Of a DNA stretch of 64,000 nucleotides, positions 29,701-38,888 are shown one piece after another. Under the pieces are notes generated by a model. It was not told the DNA's origin and made no database searches. It worked only from the letters and a program-made list of their open reading frames with translations. Source of the stretch: a virus. Both the position numbers and the translations under genes were made by a program. Location of the stretch: positions 1-64,000 of IMG/VR virus record IMGVR_UViG_3300042987_003796, one strand, 5' to 3'. How positions within the stretch are numbered: the first letter of the stretch is position 1; the number at the start of each line of letters is the position of its first letter.

Positions 29701-30008
29701 AACTTATTTCGAGTATCCTGACTACGGTTCAGCAAATTTCAACCGATCTTCAAAAAAAGGCGGCTGGAACAACGGAACAGCAACCCTCTCAGTCTGGTTC
29801 CGCTGGTGGGATAAGTGTAAGCGCGCCGGTATCATTTAGTGTAAATTCAACAGCCGGAGAAGGAAAAGATGCTGCGTCTGCGATTGCGGAACAAATAAAG
29901 GTGGGGCTATCTTCATTCTTGTCTTCTCCAGAATTTATAGGAAAAGTTACATCTATTGCTAACCAAGCTGCTGGAAATAAAACTCCTCCAACTTCACTTC
30001 CTAAGTAA
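20745..30008 (+). CDS. Tape measure protein with an internal array of motif-delimited accessory domains
   Basis: N-terminal TP901-like TMP region (ELSRQGLG...DAAFAVSSADLA...GGAVIGNSFKTIF), Ala/Gln/Lys-rich helical body, hydrophobic segments, position after tube and chaperones. Confidence 0.9.
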   Translation: MADNLTTATIDVRANTRGLEKDILKALKTVEFSEINTKKSSQALGRITGQVSEFNKSLEASNARVVAFGASAGAIFAVEKAFSSLISSTIEVQKKLTDVNILLNLSSSGLQKFGDSLFDIAKNTAQSFSTVADAATELSRQGLGVEETLKRTNAALVLTRLSGLDAKSSVDALTATLNSFAGSALDAVEVVNKLANVDAAFAVSSADLANAISRVGSTAVDAGVSLDELIALVTSAQQTTARGGAVIGNSFKTIFTRLQRGKVQDLLGSLGVDTTEGQSAISLLQQLAATYDTLGAAQKSYVAEQVGGVFQINILKAALSDLGKEYSIFGRALDTSLSSTDEAIRRNELLNQTISALSSQAVSGLQQAASKIGSIVFEPNAKGFLSGFNNLLDSFNNIDAESAGGKLMTGFFKGIGDFISGPGAVLATAVLVKLFSNLAKFAAGSAKELLGTNKAAQQQAAIEQSILSILQKNSQFTSQILSGKMTTVQAEKELLTYLTAQSNILREQERLSKIIGANLMTAGVSIGSSGIPIVAASKGKKAASSGFIPNFASDQAIGQAMENAGARQHGYKAGKAKKTTIHDGNGKSFKSFVNSKEDVKTFTNSAGKKATIVRPPNGFGENTQYAAGGFVPNFAKNKNEDSIRKGVLFEKRLNKALSGSASFSPNAPMDFPLPTGYGNDYEIRRKIGISDASIYGDAKLTRSRKSEQSLLDKYLRTPEGVKDFLSAKETSRGFINLNPNGLSMLFSGSGSDSRGISYISSINTQLSAGAKRLISSRFGKNHKKSRTLAMPYIADKINEKNLSGLSSGFIPNFGKMQDLYKNTKMREGKDDPFGKRAAKANLAAKKGIPIKDLGNLPYTMIHPGGGSNFQASASYTKKDKKTNSSTQYVGKIWTAGLDASKLNRKTVQDRVGDALVTEANNLTKIFNPSGSGQFSNYSQLSNTGSVFSAAGTVFESAVRKAFNVSAQGQGDRIDFPNPSSELRSFFGNAPGPYEAKISNDDTNRSSTLSKWIAVNGLSGGFIPSFANSKNRLSFSYKDKDEFGISEIEAIMSGKKVGSFSYAEDRPGIVDVGDLTVNKGERGKGIGSALYKEAIKRNAGKKMKGQLLPQMNRLLEKIKKGEPVSAETLYPQIKRADLAKSSVFEVYGHKGLEAEKMTRDQFTSFVNAKITELKKDPKRLQSYFGNVEADEYGGLGVDLQTQHSSGFIPNFASGIITGDVIRGNEYKSVLDFLAKTNKPVRTIIGPSGSGKTTMASKSGGSIVKSFNDLAGFDSYILDRATMSMPKDEIVSENLKKIFRKSGESGALDLLVGSRNTIKSLREKRAKEGDSLIPDRKQFTSGSGGISSFVKGAREFASEYPGASVSRIFKDKSEYKTKKILSGGFVPNFASPKLIEAINKRIKNPNVAQKLKEGAGLNDSAYMKAASKLGIDVAGLEAFLPQMGFPLRGKDKVLNLSKAIGFGFGRSFIIDALKMGDWNYVKPQFESAGYVKDDFDKLSKYAKTPKGESALKWWRSKSSGFIPNFASPKKSGKTFNSYMSKPLSDTIRFVHPLKPVIDSSGNISFPGLPKKGAKATIIHGEAMAGQERMTLDEFYALAEKRKNDPRFWGRNSFEYVYNSGGFVPNFADALNNAIAREKSSGLSNSQIYVDQHSSLKNKNNPMGLMVANTRDEPGGGIQGIKRAKKEGKNPKTYGTSFGYVPNFATGPIQPSQDYLNALNEAVKAVDKLSQSSKKASEGLNRASDSVEKFDNGASGSGKGKMGKIGGFLKDNALTVGFGLQSIASMAGEYAGNDDTKSGRAIKAGAGAVGDIASFTGTGAMIAGPWGAAAGFAVGLGKAALDLSKALTTKVPDMEKALQTSSDAMNRFGESGQKLLQLNEQYGDALNSGNPGQAADIMVKTQKAYAEELSKLTQAQRDSFISAVAQGKGQEEYAKILGEMQDSVRASESALSLQKFSESKGFFGGPDKKLISGIDKTLVSDLTKGLDADAIKKALENASPVLTDKSAGTENQAIALMKSLAQSESLTVDQKANFEKIIDSFASAAAQTDLGAVSEAFVEGIQLKPKSFEDVQKAQEAYKKSQEINNAKIKEEIAIREKANASLLQLQSETEAIYTSFNDSLERFISSVETAAKMRAASVEFKQEFYSEGGVPSAAESQKEKNIVQASRDNLTVDIYKSQVEASNNFNSAVKDLVGGLDIDIAKLGVGGQSMDQQNQLLGVQSSIQKALLPIQGMILKGDYEGARQKTSEALSGLKPEEVSAVGVDAITKVGQQLDQTLQDSARKLDQIKQNSQKDLAIQAQQLVFQRAMSKLSQAQGFGGTDIKGLITDNGGESFQQAISSLKDLKTLGYNQKDLQKGYVKGGGAETYGIKDKKANAAMSGKVIDFYGAASKIIGSPVLSTQSKDFGALAQAVSDQIRNQMDKFKAAGEGVVDPAVFSRMEKALATLGGGDMVAQLKIFKNIGVADVGGKQVMDEALKTYSGGQFANLSPELKKAFESTTDEGAAATLLLVAVQDKQTQSLNTGFNFLSGIGGQTNDLLSKQPDAIAAAIGAVLEKGRADSEAQKVNREAASLDKQFFDSKAKLKEANKGVDSAQAQVDSIVESLGGNASGSSIEDFIKSMQVSQKDKDKAKSITSLGRNEYINYKTSLEMTPTEILSGLPTPRSDKAKQESAKKYDEAVALQEKVKKLDALKAASQQVSSKKSEAVGISNEIKEINKKYDALAPDIQAKNDAAKKASEVAAQSRNLVLDKKPLQDSMDYYANDKKAREAALAQSLATENLKKTKQQKQTLDRTSGAEKAMSPTGKLDTYENIAITKAGGANQAAFQDLLSQMVVPSFDKFKDVYASLGEEGGAKGAYERTINEMIGPALSQKLPIVESGSQGQQIASAITEGIKQASASVVGGGITREENKSLMSKHGYVEGEGWKNESGKAAYSEELKMLKEQKQAQQQLSSQTSANNLQKNAEQEQAKKQESEKAKAQSAQQDPTQLISSILTTVQQISTDLQKKAAGTTEQQPSQSGSAGGISVSAPVSFSVNSTAGEGKDAASAIAEQIKVGLSSFLSSPEFIGKVTSIANQAAGNKTPPTSLPK
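22380..25850 (+). repeat. Nine dispersed copies of peptide motif G[FY][IV]P[NS]F[AG] within the TMP
   Basis: Motif Gly codons at 22380, 22629, 23166, 23802, 24357, 24888, 25296, 25599 and 25830. Confidence 0.95.
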
Positions 30009-30014
30009 TATTCT

Positions 30015-31664
30015 ATGAATTTTAGTAATGTAAAAGTTTTAAGCTACGAGCACAAAAATAACTTTTGGGGTGATAAAGCTTTTAGATATGGTTCTACTAT
30101 TTCAATATCGATAAATGGATATATTCTTGATTTATCCAATACTTCTGGCGTTAAGGATATTTTTCAGTCTTGCAAAAATTTATCAGACTCTTTGGGTGCT
30201 TATCAGGATATAGTTATTGATAATGTTAATTATGGTAAGGGTAAAATAACAAACGTCTCTTTTGATTCGGGAAACTGGGTTAAGGTTACAGAGTATACTG
30301 CCTCTATAGAAATAGTTGGAGATGGAAATCTTGGTTCTGTTAATTTTACAGATTTAGATTTTTCTAATCAAGTTATTAATGATATTAAATCAAACATTCA
30401 ATATGTAGAAGAATTTAATGAGAGTTATTCTATAGACTACTCTTCTGATCAAGATTCGGTTTCTGGGGTTCATTCTATAGATTTAAAAATTTCTACTTTG
30501 TTTTCTGGAGATAAAATTAATTTTGCAAAAAATTTAGCGTCGGCTCTTTTTTCTAAAACATTTTCCGAGAATTTATCTAAAATAACTTATTCAAAACCTT
30601 CTGAAAACTTAAGAAAAGATTTTTACTCAGAGAATTATGATTCTATAAGTGGCGCATGTGGATTCAAAAGAAGCTTTTCATATTCTAACGATTCTTCTTG
30701 TTTTAGCAGGAATAGATCTATTTCTGTAAATTTTGGAGAAGATGGGATAACTACTGTTAGTGAATCAAATACTATAAAAGGCGAATGCATGAATGCGTCT
30801 CTTTTTGATTCGGCGGAATCTGGATTTTCTTCTGAGATTTCTGGCGTTTTTTCTCGCTGTAATGCTGCGTTTACAACTTATCAGACTCAGTTTGGATCGG
30901 TTGATCCTTTAATTAATAAGGAGATTGAAAGGTCGGTGAAAAGAAATAGATTTACTGGAGAAATAGAATATACAATATCTTTTACAAATGATAAGCGTAG
31001 AAAAAATTTATATACTTTTGAGTATGTTCTAGACTTGTCTAGATCTGAGGATTTTATATGGAGCGCCGTTGAAAATGGATCCGTGAAAGGCGATGGGATT
31101 GTGGGATCTACGGATAGATTTAATAATGCTTTGAATGGATGGAATACTGAAAAAGCAGGAATAAGTGCTAGGGTTCAATCTTTTTATACCTCTAATGCAA
31201 AAATAAAACCTATACCATCTGTATTAAATTTAATTAATAAAAATATAACTCACGCACCTTTTGAGGGATTAATATCTTATTCTTATAATTATACAGACGA
31301 TTCTACACTTGATATGTCTAGCGCAATAAGAAGAAAAAGTATTAATATTACAGACTCTAAAGCTACAAGGATTCATAATGATTTTTTAATACCTGGGGGC
31401 GTGGTTAAATATGCAATCGCTCAAGCGGCTAACCAGTCAAAACAAGGGGAGAGGGAGGTAGCTGGATCTTTAGAAATATCTAGCTCCACTTTGCCATTTA
31501 AGGGCAATGATTATTTTCAGGAATGTGTAAATTTAGCTTCTTCTAATAAGGGGACTGGGACAGATTTATATTTAGAATCTTTTTCTTTTTCCTCCGACGA
31601 AATAGAGCAAAATGTAGAATTTAATGGAAAATATAAATATTCATCAGCTGCCAGTAGCAGTTAG
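30015..31664 (+). CDS. Putative tail-tip/distal tail protein
   Basis: Follows the TMP; repeated beta-rich units resembling the next gene (RFTGEIEY vs RFNGKYSI). Confidence 0.55.
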   Translation: MNFSNVKVLSYEHKNNFWGDKAFRYGSTISISINGYILDLSNTSGVKDIFQSCKNLSDSLGAYQDIVIDNVNYGKGKITNVSFDSGNWVKVTEYTASIEIVGDGNLGSVNFTDLDFSNQVINDIKSNIQYVEEFNESYSIDYSSDQDSVSGVHSIDLKISTLFSGDKINFAKNLASALFSKTFSENLSKITYSKPSENLRKDFYSENYDSISGACGFKRSFSYSNDSSCFSRNRSISVNFGEDGITTVSESNTIKGECMNASLFDSAESGFSSEISGVFSRCNAAFTTYQTQFGSVDPLINKEIERSVKRNRFTGEIEYTISFTNDKRRKNLYTFEYVLDLSRSEDFIWSAVENGSVKGDGIVGSTDRFNNALNGWNTEKAGISARVQSFYTSNAKIKPIPSVLNLINKNITHAPFEGLISYSYNYTDDSTLDMSSAIRRKSINITDSKATRIHNDFLIPGGVVKYAIAQAANQSKQGEREVAGSLEISSSTLPFKGNDYFQECVNLASSNKGTGTDLYLESFSFSSDEIEQNVEFNGKYKYSSAASSS

Positions 31665-31695
31665 TGTATAAATTTATATAAAGGTAATTTAAAGG

Positions 31696-33318
31696 ATGCA
31701 AGGACAAGTTAAAATATTATATGGAAATTTGGATATATTTTCAGGAATATGTCCTACTCCTTTTGCTTACTTTGATAAAGAGTATATAGAAAATGGATCT
31801 GTTTGGGGTTCTAAATATAATTTAAAATTAGATGGTCAGATAACCGGAAGGCTTGGGCCGGCTGCTTTTTATGACTTAGAAAATAAAAAAAATAAACTTA
31901 TTTCTGGATTTAAAAATGATAGTTTATCAATAAAAATAACGGAGGACAGTGTTGATGTTTTTAATTCTGATATATGCCAGGTAGATTCTATTTCTTTTGA
32001 AGAGTCTAAATATTATGCGTTGCTACCCTTTTCTATATCGGCTTCTTGTTATGATAAAAGCTCTTTTGGGCAAAACTATGGGGTAACCAACCCTCAAGAC
32101 TCTTGGGAATATTCAGAAAATGAAGATGGTACTTTATCTTTGAGGCATTCTGTTTCTGCCGATGGATTTAATATCTCAGGCGCGTCTGCTATTTCTCAAG
32201 CTAAAAAGTGGGCTTTATCTAAAACAGGAATAAGCAATAGAGTAAGCTCTTTAAAATTTAATAATGTTTCCGCCGGTGATTTTATTCTTGATTCTTTTTC
32301 TGAACAAGTTGATAGATTTAATGGTAAATATTCTATCGAAGAAGTTTATAAAGCTGATTTGCTTAAAACTAATTCTTTTGGAAATGGTATACTTAGATAT
32401 ACAGTTGATGTATCAAAAAATATAGAAAATGGAATTTCGGATGTTTCTATTCAGGGAAGCGTAGTCGGAAAAACAAATATTGGACTAGCTGATATGTCTG
32501 TATTGAGGGCTAAAATGAATGCAGAGAATTTTTTTCAAATTGCTGCTGAAGCCGCCTCAAAATCTACGGGTACAACAAAAATAAATGATAAGCCATACTC
32601 TAGAAGCGTCACAGAAAATCAAAATTCATCAGAGATATCTTTTTCGATAAACTATGACGATGATCCTGTTGCTCCTGGAACTGCAAAATGCATATATAAA
32701 GTAGATCTTTCTGAGAATTTAATAAAAAATATAGTTGATATAAAGATAGACGCCGAAATTTTATGCGAGAGGGGGGACGCTTCTGTTAGGTGGAATGCCG
32801 TTAAAACTTATTACTCTAATACGTTCAATGGATATGACTTAGCTTTAAAAGAATATAAAAGAGCTGGATATTCTAAATCTTTTAGTTCTACCCCAAAAAC
32901 AGAGTCAATCAATTTTGACGAATTTAATAGTAAAATATCATATTCTGCAAGTTGGAGCGATAGATATATGCCTTATCCAGATATTTTGACATCTATTTCT
33001 GAAAAGGTAAATATAACTCCATCATTGAAGGTGTATGCGGTCCAGCCTTCGTTATATACAAATGGGGCGCATAATGTTCAAGATTTTGGGTGCGCAAATA
33101 GGGCTTCTGTTTCGATATCAATAGAAGCAACGTGTAGGCCAGATAAAACAATTTCAGAATTAAAAAATTGCGTTTCTTCTGAGCTTTCTAGGCTTCGCTC
33201 TATTTATGTAAAAAATATAAATTTATTTACAGACGAGGCAAGTGAGTCAGTAAACGAAAAACTTAAAAGAATGTCGGTTTCTTATAGTTATTCTTTTGAT
33301 GGAGATATTGTTTCATAA
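31696..33318 (+). CDS. Putative tail-tip protein
   Basis: Synteny; size and pattern like the previous gene. Confidence 0.55.
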   Translation: MQGQVKILYGNLDIFSGICPTPFAYFDKEYIENGSVWGSKYNLKLDGQITGRLGPAAFYDLENKKNKLISGFKNDSLSIKITEDSVDVFNSDICQVDSISFEESKYYALLPFSISASCYDKSSFGQNYGVTNPQDSWEYSENEDGTLSLRHSVSADGFNISGASAISQAKKWALSKTGISNRVSSLKFNNVSAGDFILDSFSEQVDRFNGKYSIEEVYKADLLKTNSFGNGILRYTVDVSKNIENGISDVSIQGSVVGKTNIGLADMSVLRAKMNAENFFQIAAEAASKSTGTTKINDKPYSRSVTENQNSSEISFSINYDDDPVAPGTAKCIYKVDLSENLIKNIVDIKIDAEILCERGDASVRWNAVKTYYSNTFNGYDLALKEYKRAGYSKSFSSTPKTESINFDEFNSKISYSASWSDRYMPYPDILTSISEKVNITPSLKVYAVQPSLYTNGAHNVQDFGCANRASVSISIEATCRPDKTISELKNCVSSELSRLRSIYVKNINLFTDEASESVNEKLKRMSVSYSYSFDGDIVS

Positions 33319-33324
33319 TTATAT

Positions 33325-35286
33325 ATGTCATCTATTAATTCTTCTGGCTTTAAATATAGACTCGATTCATTAGGTATAACTAGTGAATCATTGCTTGTTG
33401 CATATGATTTTGTTTCTGGATCTAATTTTCAGCAAGGTTTTTTAAATACTCCCCCATGGGTTACTGGCTCGACGTTTAGTGGAAAACTTAATGGAATTTA
33501 TAGTAATTTTTATACAAAATCTGGAAGCGGTTATTTTAATGGGTTTAATTCTGTTTCAATCTCTGGAAAAATTCCAGAAGACGATTTTACTTTTTTATTT
33601 TGCTATGAAAAACAAAGAACGGGCGAAGAAATTTTATTGAGTTCTGCGGCCGGAGGCTCTTTTGCTTCTGCATCTGGATTGACTGTTGGAATTAATGACG
33701 CAAATAAGCTTTATTTAGAATACTGGAGCCCAGTAGTAGGAAAGAAAACTTTAGATTATACAGATAATATAAGCTCTAAAAATTTAGTTTTCTTTAGCAA
33801 GACATTTGATGAATTTCAATTAGGTATTTTTGATCCAATTGGCGGAGATTTATCTTTTTCTTCAGCTTCAATAGATCAAATCGAGGGATATTCTCACTCT
33901 GATTCTTTTATAATTGGGGCAAATAACTCGTCTTCTTACTGGTCTAAAGGCAGGTCTTTTAATGGATATTTTGATGATTTTTATTGTATAAGTGGTAAAA
34001 AACCGAACGACTATTTTATAGAGCTTTTTAGCGGATTTTATTCGATTCCTGTAACTGGATTGATAAGTGGTCAATATCAGGTATGTAATTATGTTTCTGT
34101 TATGAGTGGTAGCGGGGTCAATCTAGGAACTGGGATAACGGGATATGAAACTAGGGTTACATATACTACCGGATACGTTCCAACTGGCTGTTTTAATAGT
34201 GGATACTCTTATCTTGTTGGAACTGGAATTACTGGTTATGAGGAAAGACTTATTGGGACTCAAAAAGATGCTTGTGATCAAGACGTGCCTATATATGTAA
34301 GAACAGCGTTAACTGGAAATATTTATGCAACTGGTTATACTTATGCCTGTAGCGGATCTGGTCAAGTAATAACGCCAACCTATACAAATTATCCATTGAC
34401 CGGAATGTTAACTGGTCAAGTTTTTGTTGAGGTTCTTTCTGGTATTTGTTCTAATTTTACTGGCTATTATCCAGATGGTCTTCAATTAGATTCAGGCTTT
34501 CTATCGTCTCTCGGATTTGATTCTGTATATTTGCTTAATCAATGCAGCAATATTGTTACGCATGAATGTTTTTTACATACTGGTGGATTTGCATCTAATA
34601 ATATAAATTTAACTCCGTCTTTTGATTTAGTAGCAAATGACTGGATTATTCCAAATATTCACTCTGGCTCAGGAAAAAATTTATTTTTTAATAATGGACA
34701 GTTAATGCTAGAAAGTGGGTGGTCGTCTTATCAGGAAAAAGGTGTGACAAAATATAATATAACGGGAAATATTTTTTTGGACGGCAATATTATTAGGTCA
34801 AATGGAGACTGCAGCTTAGAAGATTCTATTATATATGATAACTCAAATTTTATTAGCGGCGTATCTGTTTATCTTTTAACCGGATTAGGGTCTTCTGCTA
34901 GTTTTAATTCTATTTTGAATTCTAGTTATCAAGATTTTTCCATTTTTCTAAATGGAGTCAAAATGACTAGTGGATTTGATTATTTTAATTCTAATTTTAT
35001 TTTTAATGTGCCGCCTTCTTCTGTTTTAACTAAGGTTAATAATAATTATATTTCTGATGGTGCAAAATATATAACTGGATCTGGTAATCTTTTAACGCTG
35101 GGATCTAATGGCTCGTCTTCTTTTTTAAAAAAATCTTCTCAAGTTTATTTAAACGGCTTGAGACAATTGATAAATAGCGACTATTTTGAAATTTCTAGAT
35201 TCTCTATTTTAAGTGGCTGTCCAGCTCAAGAAGTAAGCAATAACCAACTAGTATATTCTTTTAATGAAGAGTTTTGGAATATTTAA
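33325..35286 (+). CDS. Tail protein with LamG/ConA-like N-terminal domain
   Basis: FIIGAN...FNGYFDDF signature; TGITGY repeats; C-terminal (F/L)NG repeats. Confidence 0.55.
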   Translation: MSSINSSGFKYRLDSLGITSESLLVAYDFVSGSNFQQGFLNTPPWVTGSTFSGKLNGIYSNFYTKSGSGYFNGFNSVSISGKIPEDDFTFLFCYEKQRTGEEILLSSAAGGSFASASGLTVGINDANKLYLEYWSPVVGKKTLDYTDNISSKNLVFFSKTFDEFQLGIFDPIGGDLSFSSASIDQIEGYSHSDSFIIGANNSSSYWSKGRSFNGYFDDFYCISGKKPNDYFIELFSGFYSIPVTGLISGQYQVCNYVSVMSGSGVNLGTGITGYETRVTYTTGYVPTGCFNSGYSYLVGTGITGYEERLIGTQKDACDQDVPIYVRTALTGNIYATGYTYACSGSGQVITPTYTNYPLTGMLTGQVFVEVLSGICSNFTGYYPDGLQLDSGFLSSLGFDSVYLLNQCSNIVTHECFLHTGGFASNNINLTPSFDLVANDWIIPNIHSGSGKNLFFNNGQLMLESGWSSYQEKGVTKYNITGNIFLDGNIIRSNGDCSLEDSIIYDNSNFISGVSVYLLTGLGSSASFNSILNSSYQDFSIFLNGVKMTSGFDYFNSNFIFNVPPSSVLTKVNNNYISDGAKYITGSGNLLTLGSNGSSSFLKKSSQVYLNGLRQLINSDYFEISRFSILSGCPAQEVSNNQLVYSFNEEFWNI

Positions 35287-35312
35287 TTAAATTTTAATAT
35301 AATAAAAGCAAT

Positions 35313-37730
35313 ATGGCTATAGAAACTATACCAAAAATTACTGCAACATCTGCCGGTGGCGGGGTGGTTTATTCTATTGATTTTCAAAGAAATTTTAGTA
35401 ATGAGCCTTCTAAGGTGACATATAAGGTTGTGAATAGTTCTGGATCTTATTCTTTGCCAACGCTCGAGTCTGATGCCTCTATATCTTTTGGTAATTTTTC
35501 TTTTAATGGGTATATTTATTCTTATGAGTTAGAAGAATCTAATTCTGGTAATGTTCTCTCTATTACATTAATAGATAAGAGTGTGATTTTAGATAAGTTA
35601 TATGTTTCTGTTTTTAGGCGTGGACTTATGGGGTTTAATGGAACAAAAAAAACTTTAATTGTCCCAGTTCAGTTTGATTCAGATGACGAATTTTATACAA
35701 TTAAGAACATAAATGGGGTTTTTAAGCCCGTTAGAAATAATTATATAAACGGAACTGTAGCAAGAAGCGTTTATGGAGGGAGCACAAAAAGAGGGGATAT
35801 AATAATAGTAGGAACAGAAGAAACTCCGGATACAAATTGTGAAATACCTTCATCTTCTTATACATTTAATGAATTGAAATCCGTAACTGGAGTAAGCGGA
35901 TTTTCTTCTTGTCCTATAAATAATAGTACTGTTAGAAAAACATATGAAGGAACCCTAAGATCCGTGCTTAATAGTTGGTGTCAAGATTTTGGTTATTCTT
36001 TTTATTGGGATTATAGTGCTAACACTTTGAAATTTTTTGATTCAAAAAATGCAGTGTTTTCAATACCAGGTTCTATATCAGATACAAAGATAACTTCAAA
36101 AAAAACATTTGCTTCGGCTGAAGGGAAATATAATCAAGTAGCTGTAGATTATTTTGCTAAGCCATATAATCCAAAAACAGCAAGTGCATCTTTGTCTAAG
36201 ACATTTTATACTACAACAGAGATGAACTGCTATCCTCTTTCTTCTTTTATAGATAGGTCTCTAACAGGAGATGAAGATAGTATTTATGGTGGAGGAAGAT
36301 CTAAGAATGAGTTTATAACTAGTGCGGCTCTTGGGTATGTTTCTCCAGCTCTTAGAAAAATTTACAATTATTCATGGATAAGTAAATGGGCTGGAAATAT
36401 TGGGTTTAGTGGCTCGCTTGCTCCGCTGTCTGTTGCAAGGGTTGCCGTCGCATTAAAAGAATCTGGCAACTCTGATATTGTTAATGACATGGTTTCTTAC
36501 TCTGGATACGCTGAAGCTAATTTAGATGGAGCTTATTATGCTTTAATAGTTAAGTACGACGAAGGAACAGAAGACACATGGGCTAATTCAGAGCAAGAAA
36601 TTTTTACTAGTAAAATAGGAAATTACTATAGGTGTCCATACAATAAAAGTGGAGGATCTACTTTTTGCACTCCAAGAATGATAGTAAAAACTTCAATTAA
36701 TTTTGAACCAGAAGGAGATATGATGGAAGATAATGATAATCCTTTAGATACAAAACTAATTGGAAGGAGGGTTTTTTCTAGAGGCGGTCCGGGTCCAGAG
36801 ATTTCTGGAGCTAAAGCTCTTGAAGAGCTTGGTTTAGCTGACAAAAATAGTAGCGCTGGATTGCAAAAATTATTGCCAGTTCAAATAGAGTTGCTATCTG
36901 GTTCTAAGTTAGATTTAGCGTTAAAAAATCAAGGAGTTGGGGGGTCTGGCGACACTTTATTTCTAATTCCAACTTCCGGATTAGTGTCAACAAAGCTTGG
37001 ATTTGGCGCGTCTTATATTGGCGGTTATAATAAAAAAGAAACCACTTGGATAGATATAAAAAATTCTCAACAAGGCGAAGAAGAGGAATGTACTTTACAA
37101 GATCCAAATGAAAATAAATGTCTGTCTCAAAAAGACGAATTAAAACAAAAGCAGCGTAAAGCTCAAGAAGCTACTCAAAATTTTGAAACAAAAAAACCAT
37201 TTTCTGGTTTAACTAGTAAAGCATCATGCGTTGGTGCGTCAATAAAAACTAGGAGTGGAAGCGTTAGAATACTTTCATCCTCTCAGTCTCAATATAGGTG
37301 TGTTGTTACGCATTCTTATTCTGTGGAGGCAATTTTAGATATTTCTGAAGCAGAAAGTATTATTTCTAATACATCTGGATCTACTTCTTCTTCACCAAAA
37401 ATTATTGAAACTAGGCTCATCGTTGAAAATAGAACTACATCAGAAAAGCTATCTGCCCAAAATCCTCCAACTCCAAGCGAGCTTGCGAGCAGAAATGGTT
37501 ATATTCAATCTTCAAATATTAATAAGGTTACTTATTCTTGCGCTGGTTTTGTGCCAAGTTTGCCAACAAGTGTAAGTAGCGGTTTGGAGGCTCTTGATAT
37601 GTCAATAAGTGATTCTGGGTTTTCAGCAACTTATAGTTATTCCACTCGTCCACCAGTCTTTCCGTCACAGGATTTAAATAGAATAAATAATGGATCAAAT
37701 TCGTCTTCTCCGGCGTTTCAGGTTAGATAA
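35313..37730 (+). CDS. Putative tail hub protein
   Basis: GTLRSVLNSWCQDFGYSFYWD resembles hub-protein segments; synteny. Confidence 0.5.
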   Translation: MAIETIPKITATSAGGGVVYSIDFQRNFSNEPSKVTYKVVNSSGSYSLPTLESDASISFGNFSFNGYIYSYELEESNSGNVLSITLIDKSVILDKLYVSVFRRGLMGFNGTKKTLIVPVQFDSDDEFYTIKNINGVFKPVRNNYINGTVARSVYGGSTKRGDIIIVGTEETPDTNCEIPSSSYTFNELKSVTGVSGFSSCPINNSTVRKTYEGTLRSVLNSWCQDFGYSFYWDYSANTLKFFDSKNAVFSIPGSISDTKITSKKTFASAEGKYNQVAVDYFAKPYNPKTASASLSKTFYTTTEMNCYPLSSFIDRSLTGDEDSIYGGGRSKNEFITSAALGYVSPALRKIYNYSWISKWAGNIGFSGSLAPLSVARVAVALKESGNSDIVNDMVSYSGYAEANLDGAYYALIVKYDEGTEDTWANSEQEIFTSKIGNYYRCPYNKSGGSTFCTPRMIVKTSINFEPEGDMMEDNDNPLDTKLIGRRVFSRGGPGPEISGAKALEELGLADKNSSAGLQKLLPVQIELLSGSKLDLALKNQGVGGSGDTLFLIPTSGLVSTKLGFGASYIGGYNKKETTWIDIKNSQQGEEEECTLQDPNENKCLSQKDELKQKQRKAQEATQNFETKKPFSGLTSKASCVGASIKTRSGSVRILSSSQSQYRCVVTHSYSVEAILDISEAESIISNTSGSTSSSPKIIETRLIVENRTTSEKLSAQNPPTPSELASRNGYIQSSNINKVTYSCAGFVPSLPTSVSSGLEALDMSISDSGFSATYSYSTRPPVFPSQDLNRINNGSNSSSPAFQVR

Positions 37731-37735
37731 ATTTT

Positions 37736-38866
37736 ATGATACTTTCTAGCGGCGATATATTTAAAAGTTTTGCAGAACAAAGATGTTTTTCTTTTGATTG
37801 TGACTTATCAATAAAAACCTCTACTGGCATTTCTAAGATTTTAGCTTCAGGTGAGACATCTTCAGTTTCATTATTCTCTTTTAAGAGTGGTAGGATTTTT
37901 GATTGTTTTAATCGATTCGTAAAATCTTATTCTCCATCTGAGTCCATTAATATTTCTGGAAACTTTTGTAGCGGTATTTTTGGATACTATATAGATCAAT
38001 ATCCTGTTTGTTTAAATTCTAATGTTTCTACTTCTACTTCTTCTTTTGAAAATTTAGTTTTTTCAACTAGCGGATCTGAAATTGAATTTTTTGTTGATAT
38101 TTTTGGAGAGGTTAAGCCTAAATATGAATTGGTATTTCCAAGTCAGAGTCAAGTCACGGGTAGTCCTATAACTGGTTTTTTAAAAAATACTTCTTCGAAT
38201 GCGTTTCAGAGTTTTAAACTTTTCTCTGGGTCTTCGTATTTTCCTGGGGCTGATTATAATATATCATCTACAGTACAGGGACTTAAAATAAAGCCAAATA
38301 ATTCTGGACAAATAGTGTTATCTTTTTCTGGCGGTACATCTTTTTCTTTAGACTCTAATAAGCAGGCTTTGCCTATATATGGAAATTTATATTTGGATAC
38401 AAATTTTGGAAGCATTGATATTCCAGTAAGTATACCATTAAAATCTTCTCCTTTTTATTATATAGATTTTCAAGAAGATTCTAACATACAATACGGTGAG
38501 ACAGGAAAATTTTGGTCTTTCGAATTAGAAAGACAAGCTTGTTCTGGAACTAGATTTGAATTTATTTTAGATGACGTGAGGTGGCTTGATCCATATAATT
38601 CATTTTCAGATAAGTTTTTTATAAAAACTGGTTATAATAATGGAGCTTTTCTTTCATCCTCTGTTCCATACAATATAGCAAGAGGTATTTATGCTGCAAC
38701 TGGATATATTTCTGGAGCTGGTTGCTCTGGAGACGACACGTTTAATGTTAGATTTGAAATACTCCACTCTCATCCTAGTGGAATATATGCAAATAAATTT
38801 AAATATTCTATAAGCGGAATAGAGGAAAAATTTTTGTTTTCTGGGTTTTTAGAAGAAGGTTTATGA
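37736..38866 (+). CDS. Putative tail protein
   Basis: Ser/Phe/Gly-rich beta protein in the tail operon. Confidence 0.5.
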   Translation: MILSSGDIFKSFAEQRCFSFDCDLSIKTSTGISKILASGETSSVSLFSFKSGRIFDCFNRFVKSYSPSESINISGNFCSGIFGYYIDQYPVCLNSNVSTSTSSFENLVFSTSGSEIEFFVDIFGEVKPKYELVFPSQSQVTGSPITGFLKNTSSNAFQSFKLFSGSSYFPGADYNISSTVQGLKIKPNNSGQIVLSFSGGTSFSLDSNKQALPIYGNLYLDTNFGSIDIPVSIPLKSSPFYYIDFQEDSNIQYGETGKFWSFELERQACSGTRFEFILDDVRWLDPYNSFSDKFFIKTGYNNGAFLSSSVPYNIARGIYAATGYISGAGCSGDDTFNVRFEILHSHPSGIYANKFKYSISGIEEKFLFSGFLEEGL

Positions 38867-38888
38867 TAATAAAGGAGGTATTGTATTT